Below, piece by piece: positions 37,172-50,122 of a stretch of 64,000 nucleotides of DNA (position 1 is the stretch's first letter; each line of letters opens with the position of its first letter). A program made the translations under genes and the position numbers. The DNA is from Octopus bimaculoides (taxonomy: Eukaryota): contig NC_068981.1 of NCBI RefSeq assembly GCF_001194135.2, positions 10,539,373 to 10,603,372 on the forward strand, in the 5' to 3' direction. The notes below the pieces were generated by a model that saw only the letters and a program-made list of their open reading frames with translations, ran no database searches and was not told the DNA's origin.

Positions 37172-38829
37172 ACCCAGAACCATGTGGTTGGGAAGCAAAT
37201 TTATCACACAATTAAAATATTAAATAAGTCAATTGGAAAAGAATGCACCAAATAATGTCTTTCTCAGAAAGGAGGCTTCCTACATTATTCTTATGAGAGA
37301 AAAATGATCCTGCCTGTCAAGTGAAACTCTTTCACCCTGGGCGCGAACGTGGTTCACAGGGACTGTACATAGATAATGGTAGTTACACCCAAGTCTATCA
37401 AGAAGACCCAACCAGGTCGCTATACTTGCTAAAAATAACAAATGGAGGGAGCAGGGATACGGAATGGGCATAATTAGATAATGATTTAATAGACAGCCCA
37501 TGAAACCGAATGGTCACGGCTGGAATGCCTCAGATAATTGCCTGTTCGATCACGGTTGACTAAAAGTTAGACAAAAGTAGCTCATCCGATAATGTTAATA
37601 AACAATAAGCAATGTATATTAGCGACAGAGACAGTATTACCTCTCAATAAACAAAGAGTGAATTATAAACTAAATACTTTCATTATTATACATATCTTAG
37701 TGAATAAAAAAGCGAAAAGATACGAATTAGGGGCATTGCAAAAAAGTTATCACCAAAGTTGTTAATGATGCCAATGGCAATAATTACAAAAACAAAGTAT
37801 TTAATCTAGATAAGTCAAGAACTGTTAATGTTTAATGGCAAAAGTGAAAATATTATTCTTATTTTAGAGACGACAAAGCGGTGTGAAGGTAGTTAAAAAT
37901 AGTATATTTAAACAAACAAAAAAGAACACGTGCTCGGCAGCCTCTTTTCAAAATATAACAGTCAAGGAGGATATTATAATACGTTTCATTTAGTCTGTAA
38001 CCAACTATCTGAATTGAAATTAAATTAATAAAGTATCTTATTTACAAATTTAGTTTTTTTTATTTGTTCTAAACCACAACTTCTCTTCAAGAACAGATGA
38101 GAATACAAGGTAAAGCATTCAGTCGACCTGACCACCAAAATGCAACAAACACCTGAAAAAAAAATGCTTGATAAGAAACAAGGGCAGTAATGGACGTTAG
38201 AAGTGGTTGAGTGCCGGACAAAATCAAAACACCTTGCAGTTGGTTCGGAGTTCAAATACTGATCGATTAGATTGACAGTAGGCCTATATTAGCAATCATT
38301 GTATAGATAGTACCTTGTCAAGTTTTAGCCCAAACACTAGAAGACGGACAAATTGCCATATTAAAAAAAGACATGACTTTTTAGAAACAACAACCAAATT
38401 CCCTCAAATCATACAATACTGCCTTAAAAGGAAACGGACACATTGGACAAATAAGTGTAATCATAAAAGATACAATGCCGATACAAAAATACAAGTTGGT
38501 CAGCTCCTGATCATAGAACTATCTGATCTACGATGAAATAATATCAGTGATCCTTAATTAATAAGATATAATATTGCTGCTTTTACTGTTTTACTTCCTA
38601 CTTTTGATGAAGATTCGTGACAAGTGAATAGAGTGAAACAGAGAAATGAATTTAAAATAAAAAGACTAGGAACTAATTAAACATTAACCGCGTTAATAAG
38701 TCATCCTGAAAAAAAAAGAGGACAAGAAAAAAAAAAACTTCTCTAAAGAAATAGAGAAGACTGTTGATCGCAGTTTTCTGTGGGACCAGGATATTTCAAA
38801 GAGCTTGATGTAAGAGGCAGGGCGAAGGA

Positions 38830-38863
<34 letters not shown>

Positions 38864-39700
38864 GTGTGTGTGTGTGTGCTTCAATGTACAACACAAGCGA
38901 TGAAGAAGAAAAAAAACAATCTTCAGTTTTTCATAGAAAGATACAACAATAATAATCCTAGACTATTGTTAGCAGAAAAAGATACTGTGATTTCCCATCA
39001 TTACAAAAAATATTGACAAACAAACTGAAGAAAGAACCGACAAATCATTTAAAAATATATATATATATATATAATATATACACATATATATATACATCTA
39101 TATATACATACATCTATATATATATATATATNNNNNNNNNNNNNNNNNNNNNNNNNNNNNNNNNNNNNNNNNNNNNNNNNNNNNNNNNNNNNNNNNNNNN
39201 NNNNNNNNNNNNNNNNNNNNNNNNNNNNNNNAATATATTTGATGATTATGTGTGTATATGTTTGTGTGTGCGTGTATATGTTTGATTGTGTGTGCGTATA
39301 TATGTTTGATTGTGTATATATATTTGATTGTGTATAAGTGAGTGTATGTATGTATATAAATATATATATAATCATATATAATCGTTCTAACAGCATGTGA
39401 TCTAGGTTTCATTTTTTTCTTTCTCTATCTCAGAAAACATTATTTAATGTTATCTTCTGTCCAACATATGTTACCTATTTTTGCCCCTTTTTTCGTTTTA
39501 GACATAAAAAAGTGGCTTTAAATTTATTTTTGATGAAATTTAAGTCACTTTATGATTCTTGGGGGAAACGTTTTTTAATGTACTTTATATTATCAAACCG
39601 TGATCAGAAATAATATCCCCGACTTTTTAAGCCACAATTTAACTAATTTTACTGACCTTTATATTTTAAATTTTTATGTAGCTAACACCTGGACTTGTCC

Positions 39701-39713
39701 TTTCCCGCCATCT
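39701..39713. promoter_or_regulatory. Overlapping E2F-like (TTTCCCGC) and YY1-like (CCGCCATCT) motif
   Basis: TTTCCCGCCATCT seen directly. The minus strand reads gagATGGCGGGAAAGGACAAGTCCAG|gtgttag, resembling a first-exon end. Short motif, could be chance. Confidence 0.35.
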
Positions 39714-39756
39714 CAAACATTTGTGTGTATGTATTAATACGTACGCGTGTGTGTCC

Positions 39757-39791
<35 letters not shown>

Positions 39792-40634
39792 NNNNNNNNN
39801 NNNNNNNNNNNNNNNNNNNNNNNNNNNNNNNNNNNNNNNNNNNNNNNNNNNNNNNNNNNNNNNNNNNNNNNNNNNNNNNNNNNNNNNNNNNNNNNNNNNN
39901 NNNNNNNNNNNNNNNNNNNNNNNNNNNNNNNNNNNNNNNNNNNNNNNNNNNNNNNNNNNNNNNNNNNNNNNNNNNNNNNNNNNNNNNNNNNNNNNNNNNN
40001 NNNNNNNNNNNNNNNNNNNNNNNNNNNNNNNNNNNNNNNNNNNNNNNNNNNNNNNNNNNNNNNNNNNNNNNNNNNNNNNNNNNNNNNNNNNNNNNNNNNN
40101 NNNNNNNNNNNNNNNNNNNNNNNNNNNNNNNNNNNNNNNNNNNNNNNNNNNNNNNNNNNNNNNNNNNNNNNNNNNNNNNNNNNNNNNNNNNNNNNNNNNN
40201 NNNNNNNNNNNNNNNNNNNNNNNNNNNNNNNNNNNNNNNNNNNNNNNNNNNNNNNNNNNNNNNNNNNNNNNNNNNNNNNNNNNNNNNNNNNNNNNNNNNN
40301 NNNNNNNNNNNNNNNNNNNNNNNNNNNNNNNNNNNNNNNNNNNNNNNNNNNNNNNNNNNNNNNNNNNNNNNNNNNNNNNNNNNNNNNNNNNNNNNNNNNN
40401 NNNNNNNNNNNNNNNNNNNNNNNNNNNNNNNNNNNNNNNNNNNNNNNNNNNNNNNNNNNNNNNNNNNNNNNNNNNNNNNNNNNNNNNNNNNNNNNNNNNN
40501 NNNNNNNNNNNNNNNNNNNNNNNNNNNNNNNNNNNNNNNNNNNNNNNNNNNNNNNNNNNNNNNNNNNNNNNNNNNNNNNNNNNNNNNNNNNNNNNNNNNN
40601 NNNNNNNNNNNNNNNNNNNNNNNNNNNNNNNNNN
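39792..40634. other. Assembly gap in the centre of the intergenic/promoter region
   Basis: 843 N, preceded by a (TA)n tract. Other gaps: 8439-8480, 9370-9668, 25704-25889, 39132-39231, 42575-42920, 45932-45941, 47687-47696, about 54397-54584, 55612-55837, 56912-57319, 59511-60325. Confidence 0.99.
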
Positions 40635-40737
40635 TGGCAGCAAGTTGTTGCATACATTGTTAGTTATATGTTTGTATATATCTCTCTACCGTGTATGTAT
40701 AATGTGTAATATATATGTATCCGTAGTATGGTGTATG

Positions 40738-40776
<39 letters not shown>

Positions 40777-42920
40777 CGTATGCTGTAAAACTGTTGATTA
40801 CGAATCGAGCTTCAAGTATTTTTAGAGTTTTAGCTATTTTACCATTTAAAAAAGTTGACCGTTATTGTCTTTGTTGTAAGTTGCACAACGGACTGATTTG
40901 TTGTTTGACGTCTTTTCAGAACCAAATGTTACTAAATATACAGTTTATATTTATGATGATTAATTAATTTTGTGTATTTTATGACTAATTGGACCCTAAT
41001 GGATCCCTAATTTAGTTATGTAGCCTGTTTTGTTAATATGAAAAACAGTTTTTGAAGATAGATTTTATTTTACTTTATTAGAGGTGAAATATTCGAATAT
41101 TTCAGTAAGAATTTTTCATTTTCCTTCTCTCTTTCTCTCTCTCTGTATATATATATGATATGTATATTATAGTGGGGTAGGCCGGTTTATGGGATTTCTC
41201 GGATTTGTGTATTTCTACAAACGATATATATATATTTATAATTGGAGGTATGTGGAAATTTTGGGTAGTCATTATTTTTTCTCGTGACGTTACGTTTACC
41301 TATTACTAAAAATAATTGTGACTAGGCAAAAATAAATGTGCAAGAGGTGGGAAATGGTGATTGTTCGAGTCAATTTAGAACGTATGCTTGTTGGGCTAAT
41401 AATTTCATCGAGCTAATTGGAAACCTATTAAAATGATACTTGAATATTGCTGCTAGTTTAATAAACTCCAAGAACTGAAATATTAAAAAAATTTTAATTC
41501 TCTGGGGTCGAATTCGAAATAGGGATAGAAATATCGGTATCACCATTACTTCGCTAATCAATCGATTTGGACGAGTTTGTAACTTGGGTATTTCGATTCT
41601 CTGTTTTTTTGTTTTTTTACTTTCTTTATTATGATGATTAATAATATATTGATTTCTTCTGTGACTCACAATAAACAAACAAAGTTAGCCTTAGATTTAT
41701 CTCCGTGCACGACGCTTGACAGTTTATATCTACCCAGGGTGGATGGATGAAAGGCGAAGTCGATTTTCTTTTCTATGCGATTCTAGACCACAATGAAACT
41801 TTAAAATATTAAGCATTTTATTACATAAGCCCGATGGCGTTCTTACCATTTCTAACCGTTTCTTATATCTGAGAATCTTTCTTCAGAGCTAAGACATTTT
41901 GACAACCCCCCCCCCAAAAAAAAAACTACATCTAAGTGATCCAAAGTAGAAGTCGAAATTTGGTTAATGGAATTTTTCCTTTTTTTTTCTCTGGTTATAA
42001 ACTAAGTCAACCCTTCTATGACTATCATAACAAAACTGAGTTTGTGTTCTTTTACATTGGCACAAAGCCACAAATTAAAGGTTTGAAGGGTGAAGTGAAA
42101 TATCTTATAGGGCATCATGTGAAACCTCGTTTTCACGTTTCTGTCTTGTATTACAGTTGTTACAAGGGAGTATTTGTAATTTGATGTTGAACAATAATCT
42201 CAAAAGTTCAATCCTAATTCCTAAAATACTTTTTTCCGATTTTCTCACCAGTGAGTATGTACTTCGGCAAAATAACCGTATATACTTGTGTACACACACA
42301 CACACACACACACACACATATTCAAGGAAAATTCACGCCTCACTTACAGGCGTGTACAGTGTTGTTTCAAATTAGCCATTTAACCATGTAACTAACGTTG
42401 ACTGCACGAAATATTTATGCATGAGGAAGTGATCTGGCTTTAAAATAGTTGTGTGTATATATATATATATATACACACGCGACTGTCAAATTCCTTTCAT
42501 GGGGTATTAGTTAACTTTTAGGCCATGGTAGAAGACACTGTCTCACTTGGAAACTCGTGGTTGTGAAGTGAATTNNNNNNNNNNNNNNNNNNNNNNNNNN
42601 NNNNNNNNNNNNNNNNNNNNNNNNNNNNNNNNNNNNNNNNNNNNNNNNNNNNNNNNNNNNNNNNNNNNNNNNNNNNNNNNNNNNNNNNNNNNNNNNNNNN
42701 NNNNNNNNNNNNNNNNNNNNNNNNNNNNNNNNNNNNNNNNNNNNNNNNNNNNNNNNNNNNNNNNNNNNNNNNNNNNNNNNNNNNNNNNNNNNNNNNNNNN
42801 NNNNNNNNNNNNNNNNNNNNNNNNNNNNNNNNNNNNNNNNNNNNNNNNNNNNNNNNNNNNNNNNNNNNNNNNNNNNNNNNNNNNNNNNNNNNNNNNNNNN
42901 NNNNNNNNNNNNNNNNNNNN

Positions 42921-43270
42921 AGGCGGTACTGGCAACGATCTCTTTTCACTTCCCACAGGCACAAGTGCCAGGAAGGCGACGTTGGTAACGATCACGCTCA
43001 AATGGTGCTATTTACATGCCACCGGCACAGAAGCCAGACAGCTGGTGCTCTGGCAACGATCACGCTCGGACGATGCTCTTAGTGCTCCACTGGAACAGGT
43101 TCGCAAGCCGAGTTTAGTGTTCAATGAAAGAGACATTGGCATGGGTGCCAGTCTACGAATTTAGTTCGATTTCGATTTCACTTGCCTCAACAGGTTTTCG
43201 CAAGCGAAGTTTGGTGTCCAATGAAGGGATGTTGCGTGTAAGTGGGCTGGCTACATCCCTGGCAGAGGCC
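42921..43270 (-). mobile_element. RTE 3'-UTR subrepeat segment
   Basis: Family-A subrepeats plus two aaactcggcttgcgaa..-type modules. Confidence 0.7.
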
Positions 43271-43954
43271 TTGGATTATAAAGGAATAAAGCTATTGCAA
43301 TGCATTTAGTCTGATATTTTACTGGTCATGCCATTTAAATTGACATGCATTTGCCTCTGTAATATTTTCTAACATTGTAAATTTTGTGTCACCATCATGC
43401 CAGCAGTGTTTTGTTTCCAGTCTTCCATGAAAATATGTCTGGTCTTGGGGAAATATCACCTTAGGAAACTGTTGAGGGTTGGTCATAGGAAGGTCATCCT
43501 GCCCCAGAAAATCCACCACAGCAAATTCTGTCCAACCAATGCAAGCATGGAAAAGTAGAAATTAAAATGATAATGAATCTAGGCATGCAACCAGAAATTT
43601 GACTAGAAGCTTAGTCAATTAAACAACTCTCATATTTTATTTAATCAACCTTGAAGGGATGAAAGGTAAAGTTGACTGAGACAGAATTTGAACTTGGATT
43701 CTGAACAACTAAAAAAGAAATACTGCAAGGCATTTTAACTGTTTTGAGTCTGTTGATCCACTAACCTAACATACAATCAGTTTTATATCCACATGACTTG
43801 GTGAACTACCAATTGTTTCCGTTTCACTGGAACAAGCGTATAGATATATCTAATAGATCATACTAAACATCAATGTTATCTTTTACTTGTTTCAACCATT
43901 AAGCTGTGTCCATGCTGGAGCACCACCTGGAATTTGTGATGCGTTTCATATTTT

Positions 43955-44287
43955 TTACCGTTACCAACGTCGCCTTCCTAGCACGTGAAAAGACATTCGA
44001 GCGAGTTCGTTGCCAGTACCGCTGGACTGGCCCTTGTGCAGGTGGCACATAAAATACACCATTTCGAACGTAGGCGTTGCCAGTACCTCCTGACTGGCCT
44101 TCGTACCGGTGGCACTTAAAAGCACCCACTACACTCTCGGAGTGGTTGGTGTTAGGAAGGACATCCAGCAGTAGAAACTCTGCCAGGTTAGATTGGAGCT
44201 TGGTGCAGCCATCTGGTTCGCTAGTCCTCAGTCAAATCATCCAACCCATGCTAGCATGGAAAGTGGACGTTAAACGATGATGATGAG
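43955..44287 (+). mobile_element. RTE 3' end (family A)
   Basis: Three subrepeat units and a tail ending aaacgatgatgatg. Confidence 0.8.
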
Positions 44288-46810
44288 ATATATAAACATA
44301 TGTGTGGGGTAGGGTGCACAGACCCAGCTGTGTTATGGCAACCTTTGAATCTCATCATTTCGGTTTACAGTCTAATTGTACAGCACCAAGTCTTTCATAT
44401 CAGTGTTCTGTGTATATACATAAGTGTTGGCATCTCACAAATTCACTTGAAACTGTGACATGTTTGCATTTAACAACAATATTATGATTGATCGCTCTCC
44501 ACCTTCAAAAGGCTTGTACATTAACTCTCTTGAAAAACTAGTGAAAGTTAGTGACCGCAAGAAGCATTCAGCTAGCATTAAAATATTTCCTCAAATATGC
44601 CCTAACCAATTCATGTTACCGTTGCAAAACCCTTTAAACTAGTGTGTCTGTGTGTACATACATACAAGAGTTAAGGAATGGAGTTGATCAGATCCGGGCC
44701 ACATACGTTTCATAATGAGCAAAACCTCGGAAGTGGTAAATATCCAAGCGAGCTGTATACCACAGGCTACTTGAGGTACTTGTAAACACATGGAAGACTC
44801 GATCAGAATATGTGTTAATATATGTGTTCGCACATATATATATATATATTTATTTCTTTATTACCCACAGGGGGCTAAACATAGAGGGGACAAGCAAGGA
44901 CAGACAAAGTAATTAAGTCGATTACATCAACCCCAGTGCATAACTGGTACTTATTTAATCGACCCTGAAAGGATGAAAGAGGCAAAGTCGATCTCGGCAG
45001 AGTTTGAACTCAGATACATAACGGCAGACGAAATACCGCCCGGCGTGCTAACGTTTCTGCCAGCTCACTGCCCTTGCATACACATATATTAACACACCAA
45101 TGTTTAAAAATAGCTTCCTAGCTTGTTGTTTAATTCTTGCATTGGAGAAGCATTCAAGCCTTATATATATTTTTTTTTTAAGTATAATGTATCCTGGTCC
45201 TAGGACTAAATTTTCTAGTGTCTTCTTTTAAAGGCAGAAGCCTGTGGTTTTAGGGGCATTTAGTTGCTACTTCTAGCAGTCTGAGTGGGCATATAAAAAT
45301 TTCCTTATTACTGTTACATAAAAAAAAATTTGTAAATTCAGATGGCTTTCTACACTTTTTTTTTTTTTTTAGTTTGGTGAAATAATGGGGTAAAGTTTTA
45401 TAGATTTGATGTGGTTTCTGCCGTTCTTCTTTTAGTAAGATTCCTTGGAATTTAGAGCTATTGTAATTTTATAGAGAGTAATACATCTTGGTTCTATGGA
45501 ATGTGATTTTTAAATAGCCTATGAGTAAGAGACAGTCAGAGTAGAAGGAAGTGCCAACGGCATGGATTTGTTTACGGTGGACTTGCCAGGAAGTGACCCA
45601 CACACTGGGTTCCATGTTCTTCAACTGTGCCACACATAGAATGAGACATGCAGGATCCAGTTATGAAGCTGCAACAGACTGTCATTGATTTGGTTATAGT
45701 TTTTGAGTGGTGCCTTCCGTAGCATGTCCATCATGCACAGCTTGCTTGTTTCCTATTAGGATCTTTGGGAGATGGTCACACTTAATCTGGCTCCTTGACC
45801 TTGTCGCCAAGTGTGTCTCTACCAAAAGCTTAGAACTCCTGATGGCATTGCTCTCAGTGTCATTGGTCCATGCAATCTCCTCTGGTAAATTTTGGTACTT
45901 TTACCTGCAAAAAAAATCTGAGTTTTTTTTTNNNNNNNNNNGTGAAAGTATCAAATAATACCGCCCCTCTGTCACATCAAAGAGCAGCCATCAGAGGGGA
46001 CCCTATGAACCCTATTGTTTTTATGTGCAATTCCAGAAATTTCCTTGCAGTGGCTTAGACAGAACTCTGAGAGTCCAGTAGTTGCGTTTATTTAATATGA
46101 CTTCAACTTTGAGATGCGTTGGATTTCTGTGTTTTTTATTAAGCTGGTCAGACAGTGATTGTGACTTTTGTAGACTACCAAACTGGTGCAGAGGTTTCTA
46201 CTGCATGGATTGAGACTTGAAATCTACAACCCAATTTTTAGATATTTGTCCTTTTGTTTATGTTGCGTTAATGGAGGGAGAAAGAGATATGTCATTGTTC
46301 TCACAATCATTGTTATGGCTATAGGAAACAACCTAATTATGTCATAATAATAGCTTTTTTACAGCACTTCCTTTATTCAAACAATGACCACTTCAGTGCT
46401 GTAGTTGTGTTAAATTCCTCAGAGCTGTACCATCTTTACTCCATTTTTAGTATTTTCAACCAAAGGGAAAAGTATTTTTAAGTAATCTAAGGACTTCTAA
46501 GTATGATTTTAGTGGATCATCATCAACATTGTCGTTTAACGTCCGCTTTTCATGCTAGCATGGGTTGGACGATTTGACAGAGGACTGGTGTACCAGGTGG
46601 CTACACCAGGCTCCAATCTGATTTGGCAGAGTTTTTACAGCTGGATGCCCTTCCTAACGCTAACCACTCCGAGAGTGTAGTGGGTGCTTTTACGTGCCAC
46701 CGGCATAAAGGCCAGTCAGGCGGTACTGGCAACGGCCACGCTAAGAATTTTATCATTTTGTTCAATAGTACTCATTTCTCTAATTCTTTCATATATTGTT
46801 GACTTGGCCT

Positions 46811-46846
<36 letters not shown>

Positions 46847-47451
46847 CCTTCTGGCATTGGTTTGGATGAAGCATTATTTGGAGTAGAATTTTAGTTTGAT
46901 GTTCATCCTGTCACCAACCCTTACTTGTATTCACAACAGTGACCGGCTGTAATGTCAAGCAAGCTGGCAGAATCATTAGCACGCTGGGAAAAATGCTGTT
47001 AAGCATTTTGTCCATCTTTGTAATCAGAGGTCAATTTTGCCTTTTCTTTTTTCAGTGGGGGTCAATATAATCGACTCTCCCCCCCCTCCTCTGAAACTGC
47101 TGGCCTTGTGCCAAAATTTGGAACCAATATCACTACCATTTTGCTCAAAGACAAGCATATAAATTCACACACACACAAAAGAGGTGTCTTGCAGTTCCTA
47201 TCCACCAAATCCCTTCATATGGAATTGTTTGGACCAGAGCTATAATAGATAACTCTTAACCAAAATGCTACACAGTGGGATTGAACCCTAAGACTACATG
47301 ATTGCCAGGCAAACTTCTTAACCACAAACCCATGTAAAATGTATTTTATAATTGTCTTTTTTTTTTTTTTTTGTAGCAGTTAATTCCTTATTCAAGCATC
47401 AAGAAATTGTTCTTCAGATTGATTTTTTTTCTTCTTTCTTTTTACTTTTAG

Positions 47452-47771
47452 GTCGTAATATTGAGAACGGTGAGTGCCAGCCAAATCAAGAGCATACTCC
47501 TCCAAGTGTCCTTTTGACCCCAGATTCTTCACCCACTAGTAGTATTGCCTCGTACGAGAAACCTGATCTGTACACCGTTGATCCTGGGAACCCCACAAAC
47601 ACAGAAAATGGCAATACCTGCAATCCATTGCTATTGCTCAAGTCACCTTCAGACAAGCCTTCCAGGAAAAAAAAAGGCCGTACAAANNNNNNNNNNAAAG
47701 CGCCGAGTTGTTTCAACACATCGAAATTCATTGTCACCGAAGCAAAAGCCAAAAACATCAACCCGGCAAAA
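47452..47771 (+). CDS. KMT5A: KMT5A N-terminal exon (TP/SP-rich, Lys/Arg-rich), interrupted by a 10-N assembly spacer
   Basis: Acceptor ttacttttAG. Reads RNIENGECQPNQEHTPPSVLLTPDSSP...SRKKKGRT before the Ns and KRRVVSTHRNSLSPKQKPKTSTRQ(K) after them in a different frame. Donor AA|GTAAGT is phase 2 in the post-gap frame, matching the next exon. Confidence 0.8.
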
Positions 47772-47786
47772 GTAAGTGTTTTTTTG

Positions 47787-48055
47787 GTTGTTTGTTGTTG
47801 TTTCAGCCATTGGATTGCGACCATGCTGGAGTACCACCTTGAAGTGTTTCTAATTGAACAGATTGACCCGAGTATTTATTTTTGCTTAAGTCTGGTATCT
47901 GTTTGCCTCTTTTTGCCTAACTAATTTATGGAAATGTAAACAAACCAACATTCGTTTAGAAGACACTTGTCCAAGGTGCTGTGCTGTGAGACTGAACCCA
48001 GAACCATGTGGTCGCAGAGTAAGCTTCTTAACCACGCAGTCATTCCTGCGCCTGT
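47787..48055 (-). mobile_element. SINE family B with internal deletion, about 15 nt after the KMT5A exon donor
   Basis: gtttcagccattggattgcgaccatgctggag.. tail and ..agaagacacttgtccaaggtg..gactgaaccc.. head. Confidence 0.7.
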
Positions 48056-49745
48056 CTGTGTTGCACATATTCTGTCTGCTTTTTGATACTTCAAGGGAAA
48101 ATCTTAAAATGAACTTTTCTTTTCTCTCCTCTGCACATTTGTAATTATCCAATTATGTTACAGGCTTCTGTGTGCTTGCCCTGCAAGAAACAGCAGCCAG
48201 ACCTCCATGGGGATCACATACCTCACCACCACTGTCTCAAAAAGTGAAGGGTACATTCATCATCATCATTTAACATCCGTTGTCCATGCTGGCATGGGTT
48301 GGACAGTTTGACTGGGCTGGCACACTGGAAGGCTGCACCTGACTCCAGTCTGATTTGGCATGATTTTCTACAGCTGGATGCCCTTCATAATACCAGCTAC
48401 TCCAAGAGTAATGGGTTCTTTTATGTGACTCCGGGCTGCATTTATGTGCCACTGGCACAGGTGCCAATTTTTGTAACACCAATATCTTCCATGACTGCAA
48501 TTTTGCTCATCTTGATGGGTCTTCTCCTCGAGCACAACATAATGCCAAAGGCCTTGGTCATTGCCTTCATGAGGCCCAACACTCGAAAAGAACTCCTCCA
48601 CCTCGCTTCCATGAGGCCTAAGGTAGTCCTAGGTAGTCTTAAAAAGGCAGGATGGTCAAGACTAGCATGTCTGGATTGAGCCTGGCCTGGAAGCTAAACT
48701 AAAGCCAGTTGTTATTTAAAGGTTGTGTAAGAAGCACCTGTGCTGGTGCCACATATACAGCACTCAGTCCACTCTGCAAAGTGGTTGATTTAGGAAGGGC
48801 ATCCAGCCATAGAAACCATGTCAAAATAGACTGATGGAGCTCTCCTACTGGCCAGCTCTGGTCAAACTGTCCAACCCCTGCCAACATGGAAAATGAATGT
48901 TAAATGACAGAGATGATGTGTATATCAGCTGGTGCTTTGCTGTACTCTAGAAGACCCATCTTTGACAGCAGAAGTGTGAAGAGGGTTGGCCTGCAAGAGT
49001 CTTGTGCCAGTGCTACTTTAAAAGCACCCAGCACTCGCTGTAAAGTGGTTGGCGTTACGAACGGCATCCAACCATAGAAACCTAGCCTAGTTCTCCAACT
49101 TGCCAGTTCTGATCAACCCATCCAACCCATGCCAGCATAGAAAATGGATGTTAATCCTTTAGCATTCAGATTACTTTGTCAAATGTAATAGCTATTGATT
49201 CACATTTTATAAAATCAGTCCTGTATTCTCATAGCTTCAAGGTTTATTTTTAGAATCATGTTGCAGGGTAGGTGTCAGAGGTTAGATTTGGCCGGCCTGG
49301 ATATAAAACAGGTAGAATATTTGGGTCAGGTATGGCTGTTTTAGATGCTAAAAGGTTTGAAGAATGATGGTGGTGGTGTGGCTGTTTGCCAGACATTGTT
49401 CTTTATGAATTAACAATGTATTTATTCAGTGACAATAAAGATAACCACAATATAAGCTAGAGCTGTTTTCGTTTAGTTTCAAATTAACCCTGACCAAGCA
49501 GGGTGGCAATCAAAACCGTCCATCCACACCTATCTCCTATAATCAATATACCCAAAGCTATAGTAGATAATCTAATCCTTTGTATTGTCTTCCGTTTTTC
49601 TAAAATGTAAAGGTAAGTGTGGCTTGAAGGGATTTGGGCTGCTATTTCTAGCAATCAAATGATCATACTGAGTCAAACCTAATATTGTAAGGTGTTGCTT
49701 AGTTAGGTTGATTACCACATGATATATATTATCAATATATATATA

Positions 49746-50122
49746 AGGCGGTGAGTGGAGGTGCAATGGCCCAGTGGTTAAGGCAGCGGACTCGCAGTTT
49801 CGATTCCCACACCGGGCGTTGTGAGTGTTTATTGAGTGAAAACACCTAAAGCTCCACGAGGCTTCGGCAGGAGATGGTGGCGAACCCTGCTGTACTCTTC
49901 CACCACAACTTTCTCTCACTCTTACTTCCTGTTTCTGTTGTGCCTGTAATTCAAAGGGTCAGCCTTGTCACACTGTGTCACGCTGAATATCCCCGAGAAC
50001 TACGTTAAGGGTACACGTGTCTGTGGAGTGCTCAGCCACTTGCACGTTAATTTCACGAGCAGGTTGTTCCGTTGATCGGATCAACTGGAATCCTCGATGT
50101 CATAAGCGACGGAGTGCCAACA
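49746..50122 (+). mobile_element. CpG-rich tRNA-derived SINE (family D, single copy here)
   Basis: ggtgcaatggcccagtggttaaggcagcggactcgc..gtttcgattccc head (boxes A/B), followed by a body not shared with families B or C. Confidence 0.7.

Larger units (their letters stand above)
35350..42500. promoter_or_regulatory. Putative shared CpG-retaining promoter / intergenic domain between divergent SBNO and KMT5A
   Basis: CG dinucleotides are visibly frequent here (e.g. 36300-36640, 41160-41900) and rare in unique gene-body sequence. Young SINE/RTE copies are scarce. Lies between the 5' ends of the two genes. Qualitative reading only. Confidence 0.55.

Noticed and set aside
37918-37945. gtgctcggcagc resembling the U6 snRNA 5' end
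   Set aside because: Only a partial match of about 10 nt, with no downstream U6 sequence.
38690-38720. Strong minus-strand acceptor (t)9cAG|GATGAC
   Set aside because: No convincing donor or open frame follows, and the T-tract may be a simple poly(A) run. It could still be a UTR exon but is unsupported.
39666-40740. Long ORFs of 300+ aa in the ORF track; also 9327, 25573, 42518, 54110, 56720 and 59475
   Set aside because: They consist of X residues read through N-gaps plus (TA)n translations.
49760-49820. tRNA-like sequence
   Set aside because: The anticodon/variable region is deleted, no cloverleaf can be completed, and it continues into a SINE body. The same applies to family B and C heads.
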